A stretch of 64,000 nt of DNA from Candidatus Giovannonibacteria bacterium (GTDB taxonomy: Bacteria; Patescibacteriota; Minisyncoccia; JACPKW01; UBA11713), in the NCBI GenBank assembly GCA_016186825.1, contig JACPKW010000004.1:130237-194236 (forward strand), given 5' to 3'. A program made the translations under genes and the position numbers. Each line of letters opens with the position of its first letter. Position 1 is the first letter of the stretch. Shown piece after piece: positions 30,401-37,630 of the stretch. Below the pieces are notes generated by a model. It had not been told where the DNA came from. It worked only from the letters and a program-made list of their open reading frames with translations, and made no database searches.

Positions 30401-33200
30401 CGGAGTTCAAATCGCAACTTCAAACACAACTTCATATTCTGACACTGGGCTTGCTCCGTCGACCGCATATTCATATACAGTTTCGGCATTCGATGCGGCT
30501 GGCAACAACTCTTCGCAATCAACAAGCGCAAGTGCAACAACGCAACCGGCGTCTGTTCCCGTAGATACCACCGCTCCTGTTATTTCAGGAATATCATCTT
30601 CTGGAATTACATCTTCTTCTGCAAATATTTTGTGGAACACAAACGAGATGTCTACGCACCAAGTCGAATACGGGCCAACTGCTTCCTATGGACAGTTAAC
30701 CACAGAAAATACGGCAATGATGACTTCTCACTCCGAAACAATTTCGAATCTTCAGTCTGGCTCAACATACAACTTCCGCGTAAAGTCCAAAGATGCCGCA
30801 GGAAATCTTGCAATCTCCTTAAATTCGAGCTTCAAGACTTTGAATGCTCCGGATAACATTCCACCAAATGCGATAAGCAATCTTTCGTCATCCGAGATCC
30901 AAACAAATTCTCTCAAGCTTTCTTGGACTTCGCCCGCAGATCCGCCTTCGAATTCAGCCGCGGACAAATATGATATCCGATACTCTATGAGCTTGCTTGG
31001 CGAATCAAATTGGCAGCAGGCTACCAGAGTTACCGGAGAGCCCGCGCCAGCCTCGCCCGGAGCCAATCAATCATATATTTTGGCTGGGCTCGCTCCACAG
31101 ACTACATATTATATTGCAATCAAATCTTCGGATGCGAAAAATAACGATTCGGCGCTCTCAAATGTATTACAAATTACAACTTTAGCTTCCGAACCTCCGC
31201 CCGCTATTCTTTCAGTGTCGCCGATTACTGCAAACATCCAGGACGTAAATTCTACTTTGCCGGGCGTCCAGTTCTACGAAGGAATGACGGTCAGATATTC
31301 TTCTTCTGCTTCGGGGCATGCGTCTTGGGAGTGGCTGTATTCGGTCAACAACGGAACACCAATTTCGTATCTTAAGGGCACAGGCAATGTGGAAGATGCC
31401 ATGTTCAAATATCCTTCAGGCAGTGCGGGAACTTCATACAAATGGATTTTCAGAGCTTCAAGTGGGACACAAATTAAAGAAGAGGCTCTCGATGTTTCGA
31501 TTATTTCTAGGCAGACTGGGACAAATCCAGCAGTTATTTCAAATATCGCTTTCGATATCGGACAAACTAGCGCAACTGTTACTTGGGAAACCGATATTCC
31601 TGCCTCCACTCAATTGGAATTCGGCGCACATAATCTTCTCGGCTCCCTGTCGCCTGAACTAAATTCGACCTCTTTGGTAACCGCGCACTCTGTGACTTCT
31701 TCAAATCTTATTCCTTGCGCCCGTTATTACTTCCGCGTCCGTTCGCGCGATTCTTCCAATAACATTTCCGCTGGCGCTCCATATTCATATTCTACCAAAG
31801 GCTGTCTTGGCGGGGCTGATGTTGCATCAAGCACAGAAAAACTTATCCGGCGCGCCGAAGGCGGAACGATCAAGCAGAAAGATAAGGGCTCTGGTTTGAC
31901 GATCACTGCTCCGATAAATTTTGCCTCCGATGATGCGGTATTCCAAATTCAAAAGCTTTCTAATAAAGTTTTCAGCACCGCGCAACTTCCTCAAAACAAA
32001 AAATTAATCGGCGATCACATATATGAATTGAAAGCTCTCTCGGATTCTTCTGTGGCAATTTCAGCTTTTGCTGATTCGCTCACGCTCACAGTCAAATATA
32101 ATTCTGCTGATCTGGGGAATATTAATCCTTCTACACTCCGGCTTTACCGCTGGGTATCTTCAAGTAACTCCTGGCAGGTTCTGTCGTGCACTGAAAGCAC
32201 TGCAGATGCTCAAGTGATCTGTTTGACAAATTCATTTTCATCATATGCTTTGCTCGGCGATGAAACGCAAACAACTGGAGGCGGGGGATCTTCGGGTGGC
32301 GGAACTTCAAGCGGGGGAGGAGGTATTATTATGCAAAGCGTTTCTGCTCCAGCCTCCTTCAAAGCTATCGGCGCCCCGAACCAGATTATTCTTTCCTGGT
32401 CTAATCCTAAAGATGCAAATTTTGTCCGCGCGCGCATTATTAAAAACCAAAACAGGGTTCCTCTTTCCGCAAATGACGGGGAAATAATATATGAAGGCGC
32501 AAAAGAAGAATTTATTGATACGAACGTAACTCTCAATGCCGTTTATAATTATGGCGTCTATGCGCTAGATCGGAATTTAAATGCCTCTGCGCTTTCGACA
32601 CTTATCGTTAAGGCTGGCGAAAAGAGCGAAGCAGACGCCCTTAAAGCTTTGAGCCAAATTGTTTCTGCCTCGAAAGTGACTGCACCAGTGACTTCCCCTG
32701 GGGCGTTATTAACTGGTCCTTTTGCTTTCGGTATTCGAAGCGAACAAGTAAAAATTCTTCAGGAATGGCTCGCGCGCGACAAATTGATCTATCCAGAGGC
32801 AAAAATCACTGGCTATTACGGCCCCGCAACATTTGCCGCAGTCAAACGCTTTCAGAAGAAATATGGAATTGCCCAAATTGGAATCGCAGGCCCCAAGACC
32901 AGAATGAAATTGAACGCACTTTATAATTCATCAGTAGTGTCCACACCTGAAGCGCCAAGTTCGAGCGAGACAATTATACTTCTCCGCGGTCCATTTTACC
33001 TCGGTGCCAGAGGTAATGAAGTTAAAGTGCTCCAGCAGCTGCTCGCGAAAGATAATGCCATTTATCCGGAAGGACGCGTAACTGGATATTACGGAGCACT
33101 TACATTTCAAGCTGTGAAAAGATTTCAGGCTAAATATGGAATTTTACAAACAGGAATCGCAGGGCCTAAAACCAGGGCTAAACTAAACGAGATATATTAA
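21459..33200 (+). CDS. Giant 3913-aa modular surface protein (LamG x3, FN3 repeats, propeller-like region, putative YetA/PcRGLX-like lyase module, 2x peptidoglycan-binding)
   Basis: HWKFDEG LamG repeats; DTTAPxVP...YTVAAYDAAGN FN3 repeats; 'VSVGIPLP...QFRTLAKWPNGNIKWV' motif; two C-terminal 'VKxLQxxL...TGYYG..T..AVKRFQ..YGI' PG-binding repeats. Confidence 0.88.
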   Translation: MIQNFQNPEQAKIETGILKKDLFSIGTKRVHPHRAWSFIAVAVMIFSVAITAAGIPTIDEITYADGIIPEGSGLKVHWKFDEGTGTTAADSSGNNVNASLLNGATFSASGKVGGALSLDGVDDYALGDSGQWSGAFTISLWVKPSSASNEGGGVFASSNNWVQANTFEISTGGNGCYGAYRFEAYGNGGGGIRGCMGVYGANTWTMLTATFDGNRNAIQSGSTASIKLYRNGQFIGFADGYQQFSGLFTTYKLGRDRGGEVNKSNYFFKGDLDEVRIYNRALSTQEVLDIYNSDSGTPSPPPAPDTTAPTVPSGLSASTISSSQINLSWSASTDAVGVTGYKIYRGGVQIATSNTISYSDTGLTASTLYSYTVAAYDAAGNTSAQSSSASATTQASSPTPTPDTTAPSVPTGLSATAVSSSQINLSWTASTDAVGVTGYKIYRSGTQIATSNTTTYSNIELSASTLYSYTVAAYDAAGNTSAQSGSASATTQAFVPSTYSVCVPRGTVDPTYRWDKLNIYKDANGLEHPTASSYTFLKTDQTSQIAIDTARNVQVAFISGVTMEAPVGTENWTVVQTQTCPSARWAGAMAYDSLNKEMVLFGGTLSIAGPTNDTWIYNTVSRDWTKLDPGSASLRDLRAKVALIGENLETLRWNLWKTLEWKTTGKTGAMSESALNSDLSQIKINVSIASDLASIQSTTITDTYEKSQVTGVSTWLISAETKLASIGSGISGGTLAGLETDYRSIISLQNDIASAKYAVNAGPTSRYFISLNYDASQNGFTIASTVGASYSENWLYSLARKRWERSNPIIGSATTLSQPTGEFVLRDNATVSNLQSWKTSTDNWKNSIQPNTWMIAPTNGTGRPNWGRTWSSIVYDPDRQQIYYRDGGHGSYHGSVTDHYDILTGRWFRSDWASAPDSRIIGSYFGWGRDYNYAPWAIHNYKRSLFYNPFTESLNRYVIFGPDAAGGMNDYNPDQGKWSKDILTSVPSNVPAVPDGFIFVDGWERYSSRPTTKVYYTTSTGMKIWDDTGRLPYPVDFDVVLSLFFNPTTKKLYYYGGSDAELGVYSLDLSLANPRWAKLSATVRGGGSLPFPSREVTYIPKYNVFLMLEGWSDYNDTRPPQVWVFDPNINEWSKMNMSYGSGVIVGQYPGNLNPMGISSGLAYDNINDLAFYITGTGQGGTPSLFTFRYAPSDLTAPSAPTNLSATPASDTQINLAWSASSDSESGILKYNVFRNGTLVASPNTNSYSDTGLIGGTSYTYQVSAVNGVLLESAKSASVSQSTFTDISPPTIVSAAASDSSSVSVIFSEPVEQISATQISNYGISNGITISSASLGADLKTVTLSVSSLTAGTSYVLTVSNVKDRASLPNTILANSQTSFTFTSGLVAHWKFDEGAGFVASDSSGSNNTGNISAATWTSGKIGQALSFDGSSSYVDFGNPSSLKITGSQTISIWLYPTDFSQRRNPISKAYGGEGTITVETDGTVNYFYGTCGGDCTPYQGFTMTSALTANSWTNLVLVRDLSAMKLRWYKNSVLINESTANYSSAVASASSLLVGKGYVYNFAGNIDDIRIYNRALSIAEVQSIYTSVPAPVPDTIAPSVPAGLTATAISSSQINLSWAASTDNVAVTGYKIYRGGVQIATSNTTSYSNIGLTASTLYSYTVAAYDAAGNTSGQSGSASATTLAVGQVDITSGLVGHWKLDETSGISAADSSGNSNNGTISNGPLWASGKINGALKMDGVDDYVTVSNSANLNPAVITLSAWINPATIAQEQKPIILKSYTSHVSPYYQYYLFWYNTATYPNTIAFGINVNGSLAGAAKSNAFTPPGWHLVTGTFDGSASKLYVDGVEASSANVSGSLTSYPTELHFGRYRNIATDSIHNFAGSIDDIRIYNRALTAADVQALYATAPPPAYTFSLSNGGTKSIVQGSFISNSITATLSSGIGQPITFSASGLPQGASHSFSSTSCTPTCATNLTISTTATTPPGTYNIVVSGTGLEGTKSTSFSLNVSTAPTDPSTAPPLPAGSIQVPLTVKEALPAGISGMSRTSELVSVGIPLPENSGAISTSQLGLSGTTAGQFRTLAKWPNGNIKWVLADFLASVSAGGTTNVSLTTGAGNFGGTNLAADNGNTININTGPAQFVIKKSNFNVFDSVIINGQTLVNTGNNGKLVMRDSSDNEYNSSNDPFSAAVIEENGPVKTVIKAAGSFKDLNGTRLAGYTLRMTFYKGDASVKTLFAITNSDVASRAHTNFNSVEAVVPINIGVTKIAEYATKVGSTSGNISSGETSYLFQGYSLDKLDASGRDCFNWKPPVPGTCDSNFTYQYDQSKAGLEIKIGQNTANVLGNQSDWTGGWGELRDSSGKGVSMAYRWMSSYWPSGFEMKGDGSTSIEIFSKRNTKKGLTLVFGKHEAREIIWDFHSAAGNNQKTLYKLQYPLIAQAPFSHYQNTKAIFGQDEFVTPAEQTKFFTDMGKSTWAPNLGNLSMYRIYRSIGWGTGGGGNQTDFPLNDLQDFLRTGNPGFYLLGEQRTLFNNTAFVRTDNGGVPSGFDPEPSWSSSINGSFIDMEHAHVLSTPFYYLLTGNEWIKEGFLDYGDYLEYTETGWKYYAMPTNPWNRSWDRKLRNMALLYEFSCQTGNCNTKYRDYLTNWMDYYLSSRDNPSNKYVHGRNIERGYRYWAYPWAEDIGLRPVQALTDVQIHFEAMYQALRVMEDTAVTYLRQEELEDYLTGLSQFIFNEYYDEINGGDALEEFGFMYGYPLDSASTINGGNYWLTLAPYDASRPAFWGYQKTGDASMLTKANKLIWAITEYATGRSPSELQDQALMYTHFNPPATWKPLSVSAANNGGGSYTLSWNVPAGTTKYQIKYSPKPIVEWLGFNKVTRTYQYDPAQYTAFFAATNISNEPAPLSSGTQTFTLSGLSCGSNCYFAAKYYDGEVGSVTPPPSDTQAPTIPTNLSATAISSSQINLSWTASTDAVGVTGYKIYRSGVQIATSNTTSYSDTGLAPSTAYSYTVSAFDAAGNNSSQSTSASATTQPASVPVDTTAPVISGISSSGITSSSANILWNTNEMSTHQVEYGPTASYGQLTTENTAMMTSHSETISNLQSGSTYNFRVKSKDAAGNLAISLNSSFKTLNAPDNIPPNAISNLSSSEIQTNSLKLSWTSPADPPSNSAADKYDIRYSMSLLGESNWQQATRVTGEPAPASPGANQSYILAGLAPQTTYYIAIKSSDAKNNDSALSNVLQITTLASEPPPAILSVSPITANIQDVNSTLPGVQFYEGMTVRYSSSASGHASWEWLYSVNNGTPISYLKGTGNVEDAMFKYPSGSAGTSYKWIFRASSGTQIKEEALDVSIISRQTGTNPAVISNIAFDIGQTSATVTWETDIPASTQLEFGAHNLLGSLSPELNSTSLVTAHSVTSSNLIPCARYYFRVRSRDSSNNISAGAPYSYSTKGCLGGADVASSTEKLIRRAEGGTIKQKDKGSGLTITAPINFASDDAVFQIQKLSNKVFSTAQLPQNKKLIGDHIYELKALSDSSVAISAFADSLTLTVKYNSADLGNINPSTLRLYRWVSSSNSWQVLSCTESTADAQVICLTNSFSSYALLGDETQTTGGGGSSGGGTSSGGGGIIMQSVSAPASFKAIGAPNQIILSWSNPKDANFVRARIIKNQNRVPLSANDGEIIYEGAKEEFIDTNVTLNAVYNYGVYALDRNLNASALSTLIVKAGEKSEADALKALSQIVSASKVTAPVTSPGALLTGPFAFGIRSEQVKILQEWLARDKLIYPEAKITGYYGPATFAAVKRFQKKYGIAQIGIAGPKTRMKLNALYNSSVVSTPEAPSSSETIILLRGPFYLGARGNEVKVLQQLLAKDNAIYPEGRVTGYYGALTFQAVKRFQAKYGILQTGIAGPKTRAKLNEIY

Positions 33201-33220
33201 AGATTCTATTACTGAATGGG

Positions 33221-33958
33221 CTAGTCTGGTTTTTCCAAAGCGTTTTTTTCGAACGCTTTGACAATCGGACCTAGATCGCCGTCGAGCATGCGCTCGATAT
33301 TATGAAAGCTTTTCTTTATGCGGTGATCCGTGATCCGATCCTGCATAAAATTATACGTGCGGATTTTTTCTGAACGGTCCTGTGTTCCGATCTGCTCGCG
33401 GCGTTCTTTTGAGAGCGCTTCGGATTCTTTGCGATTTTTTTCGTCGAGAAGTTTTGCGCGCAGAACCCCCAGCGCCTTTTCCCTGTTTTTTTGCTGTGAA
33501 CGCTCTTCGCGGGAGGAAACCACGATTCCAGTTGGTTTGTGGAGAATTCTTACAGCGGACTCAACTTTGTTTACATTTTGGCCGCCTGGACCGCCTGCGC
33601 GCGAGAAAGTAACCTCGAGATCGGATTCTTTCACCTCGATTTCTTTTTCCGCGGCGGCTTTTAAAATTGCGACAGAGGCAGTAGAGGTATGAATTCTGCC
33701 CGACTTTTCTGTTTTTGGAATCCTCTGAATGCGATGCACTCCCGATTCCTGCTTAAGCGATTTCCATACGTCCGGACCGGAAATTTCAGCGACAACTTCT
33801 TTATAGCCTCCGAGGTCGCTTTTGGATTCATCAAGCAGTTTGAAAGACCACTGCCTGCTTTGAGAAAAATTTTGGTACATTCTTAAAAGCTCTCTCGCAA
33901 AGAGAGAGGCTTCCTGACCGCCTGCACCGGCGCGTATTTCCAAAATTACAGTCTCCAT
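33221..33958 (-). CDS. prfA: Peptide chain release factor 1 lacking the N-terminal domain
   Basis: [26 protein letters not shown] (PxT motif of RF1), [15 protein letters not shown]. Confidence 0.9.
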   Translation of the reverse strand: METVILEIRAGAGGQEASLFARELLRMYQNFSQSRQWSFKLLDESKSDLGGYKEVVAEISGPDVWKSLKQESGVHRIQRIPKTEKSGRIHTSTASVAILKAAAEKEIEVKESDLEVTFSRAGGPGGQNVNKVESAVRILHKPTGIVVSSREERSQQKNREKALGVLRAKLLDEKNRKESEALSKERREQIGTQDRSEKIRTYNFMQDRITDHRIKKSFHNIERMLDGDLGPIVKAFEKNALEKPD

Positions 33959-34215
33959 TATTTTCCGGTTTGTGATTTCTTGCGGGCTTTCTTTGCGCTG
34001 GAAGGCTCGGTACTGGCTTTTGCCTGCCTGGCTTTGAATTTTTCAACTCGTCCGGCAGTGTCAATAAGCTTCGCCTTGCCGGTATAAAAAGGATGGCAAT
34101 TGGAGCAAATTTCAATTTCAATTTTTTCTTTAGTGGATCCAACTTTTATAACATTTCCGCAAGCGCATTTTATTTGAGCGTTAGGAAAATATTGAGGATG
34201 CGTATCTGTTTTCAT
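33958..34215 (-). CDS. rpmE: 50S ribosomal protein L31 (Zn-binding type)
   Basis: MKTDTHPQY...CACG...[10 protein letters not shown]...GRVEKF. Confidence 0.96.
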   Translation of the reverse strand: MKTDTHPQYFPNAQIKCACGNVIKVGSTKEKIEIEICSNCHPFYTGKAKLIDTAGRVEKFKARQAKASTEPSSAKKARKKSQTGK

Positions 34216-35018
34216 TATTGTTTTGAAAATATTTTGTCTCGCTGAAGGTATGTTTTCATTGGTAAAATATTAACAGAATTTAATTTGGACTGCAATAGGG
34301 CGCGGACCTCTATAATTTGTTTGAGCTCTTTTAAATTTTTAATTGTGAAGTCTGGTTTGATTGAGGCAGTATCTTCATTCGCGCTTTCGTTTAACAGCAA
34401 ACATGTTTGTAGCCCAACTTTTTTTGCGAGAATAATATCATCTGATAATTTATCTCCCACATGAAGAATTTCACTTGGCTTAGCTTCGAAATGATTTATA
34501 AGTTTCTTAAAAATTTTATGCCCGCTTTTGCGATCATGCTCTTGGCTTGTAAGGACGAGATCGAAGTATTGGAGGAGCCCCCAATTCTGAAGCATTATTC
34601 TTCGCATAAGTGTCGGGAAAATAGAGTCCGATACCAGCGCCACTTTAATTTCACGTGTTGCAAAAAATTTAAAAATTGATGCAAGGTTTTCTGTAAGAGG
34701 ATACATTGTATTACTGTCAAACAGCGCATCAAGTACTATTTCATCCGCATATAGATGCTTTATTCCTTTGTTTCTTAAATAATTCTCAAAGTAAGGAATC
34801 AATCTGCCTGATTTATGAAATATTCTTTCCGCTCGATCATGTTGTATAAAATCTGCAAACAATCCATACATCTCTTTTTTGTCTACATTATTTTTTCCTA
34901 GTTTAGTTCTTAAATTTCTATATAAGCTTTCTTCATAGTTATATTTTCGCTTGCCCATTGGGAAAACGCCGTCGAAGTCAAACGATATTATTTTTATAGG
35001 CGTTAGAACTTTCCGCAT
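34215..35018 (-). CDS. HAD-superfamily hydrolase
   Basis: Motif I FDFDGV, motif II LVSD, motif [14 protein letters not shown] 35018 preferred to the TTG at 35063. Confidence 0.85.
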   Translation of the reverse strand: MRKVLTPIKIISFDFDGVFPMGKRKYNYEESLYRNLRTKLGKNNVDKKEMYGLFADFIQHDRAERIFHKSGRLIPYFENYLRNKGIKHLYADEIVLDALFDSNTMYPLTENLASIFKFFATREIKVALVSDSIFPTLMRRIMLQNWGLLQYFDLVLTSQEHDRKSGHKIFKKLINHFEAKPSEILHVGDKLSDDIILAKKVGLQTCLLLNESANEDTASIKPDFTIKNLKELKQIIEVRALLQSKLNSVNILPMKTYLQRDKIFSKQ

Positions 35019-35075
35019 GGAAGAATTATAACACTTCTTTGGATTATCGAAATTAAAGTTCAAAATTCAGCTCGC

Positions 35076-35104
35076 TTGCAATTTTTTGCAGTTGAAGCTA
35101 TTAT
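35076..35104 (+). promoter_or_regulatory. Putative sigma70 promoter of rpsB-tsf
   Basis: TTGCAA-17 bp-TATTAT. Confidence 0.45.
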
Positions 35105-35181
35105 TTAGTTAATTTAGCGGAGATTTTGCTTAAAGCTTAGCTTGAGCGTTTTTTATTTAAAGTTGCTTTTTCTGGGCTTTT

Positions 35182-35949
35182 ATGAATAATTTAATTGTGG
35201 AGAACGAAGAAATTAAAGATCCGCCATCTGGCGGAAAAGAGGAAATATTTCCAAGTGCTGACGCCGAACTAGAAGCGATGTTCCGGGCTGGCTTGCATTT
35301 TGCGTATTCCAGGTCGCGCCGTCACCCGAAAATGTCTTCTTATATGTATGGCATTAAGAATAATGTGGAAGTTTTCGAGCTTTCAAAGGTGCGCGAGTGT
35401 TTAAGGTCAGCGGAAGGCTTTTTTGCGAAAATCGGCGAGCGAAAGGGCAATATTCTGCTCGTGGGAACTAAACCTTCGGTGGGGCCGCTTGTTAAGGAAA
35501 TGGGTTTAAATCTGAATTTGCCGTACGTTTCAGAACGCTGGGTTGGGGGGACTCTCACAAACGGAAAAGTTATCCGCGAGCGAATTAAGTTTTTTGAAGA
35601 TTTAAAAAGAAAAAAAGAGTCGGGCGAGCTCGAGAAATATACGAAAAAGGAGCGGCTCGGTTTATCGAGAAAAATTGAAGCGCTCGAAAGATATCTTGGA
35701 GGAATTGTGAACATTAAAAACGACCTCGATGCTATTTTTATTGTGGATCCGAAAGAGGAAAAAACGGCGCTCCACGAAGCGCTCAATGTAAAACTTCCCA
35801 TTGTTGCGATTCTTTCATCCGATAATGATCCGAGCGGAATTCTTTACCCCATTCCTTCGAATGACACTGCTGTTTCAAGCATCGCCTATATAACTCAAAG
35901 ACTTACGGAGGCTTACCGGGATGGAAGCCGCAGAGCATTGGCTTCTTAA
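35182..35949 (+). CDS. rpsB: 30S ribosomal protein S2
   Basis: AGLHF...HPKM, LLVGTK, RWVGGTLTN, YPIPSND; lies upstream of tsf. Confidence 0.95.
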   Translation: MNNLIVENEEIKDPPSGGKEEIFPSADAELEAMFRAGLHFAYSRSRRHPKMSSYMYGIKNNVEVFELSKVRECLRSAEGFFAKIGERKGNILLVGTKPSVGPLVKEMGLNLNLPYVSERWVGGTLTNGKVIRERIKFFEDLKRKKESGELEKYTKKERLGLSRKIEALERYLGGIVNIKNDLDAIFIVDPKEEKTALHEALNVKLPIVAILSSDNDPSGILYPIPSNDTAVSSIAYITQRLTEAYRDGSRRALAS

Positions 35950-35972
35950 TTTTATTATAGCCTAAAGTTTTT

Positions 35973-36422
35973 ATGCCGATTTCAGCTGATCTTATCCAAA
36001 AACTTCGCACGGAAACTGGGGTTTCCGTTATGGCATGCAAAAGGGCATTGGAAAGAGCGGAAGGAGATTTGGCAAAAGCGCTCGAATATTTAAAGGAAGA
36101 AGGTGCGCTCTTGGCTTCAAAGAAATCAAGCCGCGAAACGAAGGCGGGCATAATCAGCTCTTACGTTCACGGCGGAAAAATCGGCGTTCTCGTAGAATTA
36201 AAGTGCGAAACTGATTTCGTTGCTCGCAATCCTGAATTCCAAAATTTCGCGCGTGAGATTGCCATGCAAATTGCGGCTGTTAATCCAGTCGATCTTTCTG
36301 AATTGCTCGAGAGCCTATATATTAGAAAATCCGATGTGAAAGTTTCGGAATGGCTTCGAGAAATGATCCAGAAATTCGGCGAGAACATCGAAATCGCTCG
36401 TTTTTATAGACTCGAACTTTAA
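35973..36422 (+). CDS. tsf: Elongation factor Ts (short form)
   Basis: LRTETGVSVMACKRAL and ELKCETDFVARN. Confidence 0.95.
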   Translation: MPISADLIQKLRTETGVSVMACKRALERAEGDLAKALEYLKEEGALLASKKSSRETKAGIISSYVHGGKIGVLVELKCETDFVARNPEFQNFAREIAMQIAAVNPVDLSELLESLYIRKSDVKVSEWLREMIQKFGENIEIARFYRLEL

Positions 36423-36898
36423 TGATTTCGCTCTACATTTTTGGTATTTTATTTTTGGGCTCTTTATTCGGTCTCCTGTTTATTTTTTTCAGGCGCTTTG
36501 CCGAAGTCGGCCGAATGGATCAGGCAGAGCTTCATATTGGGCTTCGATCTACCCGCTCTCTTAGGAAGCAATTAAAAGAAAATTATCTCATTCCGTTCTT
36601 TAACAGGATAAAAAACACACTCCAGCCTTTTTTTTGGGGATTGATTGAGCGCATGCTTAAAAATCTGCGCTTGCTACTTTCACGTTTTGACAATAAATTG
36701 AAGGAACTTTCAGACGCAGTCCGTGGTAAGCACATTAATATAAAGTTTAAAAAACGAACGGAATATTGGGATGATCTGAACGGAGCAAAGAAAAATGGCA
36801 ACGTGATCGCTAAAGGTATTATCGAGAACGGATATAGGTCAGAAAAAATAGACAGTAAAACAGAAAATTCTGACGCAATTTCTCTAGAACGAAAGTAA
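36422..36898 (+). CDS. Hypothetical membrane-anchored protein
   Basis: N-terminal TM helix; TAATG coupling to tsf. Confidence 0.7.
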   Translation: MISLYIFGILFLGSLFGLLFIFFRRFAEVGRMDQAELHIGLRSTRSLRKQLKENYLIPFFNRIKNTLQPFFWGLIERMLKNLRLLLSRFDNKLKELSDAVRGKHINIKFKKRTEYWDDLNGAKKNGNVIAKGIIENGYRSEKIDSKTENSDAISLERK

Positions 36899-36952
36899 AT
36901 TTTATCTGCAAGTCGCCACCTTAGCTCAGCGGTAGAGCAACGGTTTTGCGCG

Positions 36953-37064
36953 CCCCGTTAGAAAATGATTGCCGGGGTAGCTCAGCGGTAGAGCAACTGT
37001 TTTGTAAACAGTAGGTCGCGAGTTCAATTCTCGCTCCCGGCTCAATAAAGATTTTCTAACGGGG
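36953..37064. repeat. 14-bp perfect inverted repeat flanking the inner tRNA
   Basis: CCCCGTTAGAAAAT (36953-36966) and ATTTTCTAACGGGG (37051-37064). Confidence 0.9.
36971..37042 (+). tRNA. tRNA-Thr(UGU), intact, nested inside the outer tRNA
   Basis: GCCGGGG/TCCCGGC acceptor, ACTGT-TTTGTAA-ACAGT anticodon arm, GCGAG-TTCAATT-CTCGC T arm. Confidence 0.93.
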
Positions 37065-37187
37065 TAAATAGGTCCTCGGTTCGAATCCGAGAGGTGGCTC
37101 AAATAAAATTTTAAATCGTCGTGATAAACAGCAGGTTATCAGTTTAGGTCTATCCACCGGCTCATGCTTTTGTGATATATTGAACAA

Positions 37188-37523
37188 ATGGTTCAGTTGT
37201 TAAAACCAACTAAAGAAAAATTTATAGCAGCAATAGTGTTTTTTATGATCGCCTTTTTTTCTCGTATTCTTTTACTCGGAATTGGCGGAAATCCTGATTT
37301 TTGGCAATATGCAATATTCTATATTATCTATGTCTTGAATTTGGGGATGTTCGGATCTATATGGTTAAGCGGTTTCTTATTGAAAGCCGGTTATGTTAAT
37401 CAAGACATTGCGTATCTGTGGATGCTTGTGGATTTTTTTGCTCAATTTGCGTTTTCGTATATTGTTGGTTGCTTTTGGATTTATCTGACACATAAAAGAA
37501 AAAATCTCGATTTTAAAATCTGA
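37188..37523 (+). CDS. Hypothetical membrane protein (about 3 TM)
   Basis: Hydrophobic, AT-rich 111-aa ORF. Confidence 0.65.
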   Translation: MVQLLKPTKEKFIAAIVFFMIAFFSRILLLGIGGNPDFWQYAIFYIIYVLNLGMFGSIWLSGFLLKAGYVNQDIAYLWMLVDFFAQFAFSYIVGCFWIYLTHKRKNLDFKI

Positions 37524-37630
37524 AGTTTCTAGATACTCAAAAATTCTTCACAAAAAATACTATGACATTTGCGCCGATTTTGTTAAACTTAAAATAGTCG
37601 GTTATTTATGTTGAAAGCGTGCAAGAATTT

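Larger units (their letters stand above)
36915..37099 (+). pseudogene. Outer tRNA-Thr(UGU), interrupted in the anticodon loop by a 116-bp insert
   Basis: 5' half GCCACCTTAGCTCAGCGGTAGAGCAACGGTTTTG (36915-36948); 3' half TAAATAGGTCCTCGGTTCGAATCCGAGAGGTGGCT (37065-37099). Acceptor (GCCACCT/AGGTGGC) and T arms are intact; the 3' anticodon strand lacks CCG. Confidence 0.8.

Noticed and set aside
22371-30545. Diversity-generating retroelement TR/VR pair
   Set aside because: The repeats are in-frame FN3 domains, differences do not appear adenine-specific by eye, and no reverse transcriptase is in the window.
36949-37064. Group I or bulge-helix-bulge tRNA intron
   Set aside because: Too short for a ribozyme core, and excision would not restore the anticodon stem because CCG is missing.
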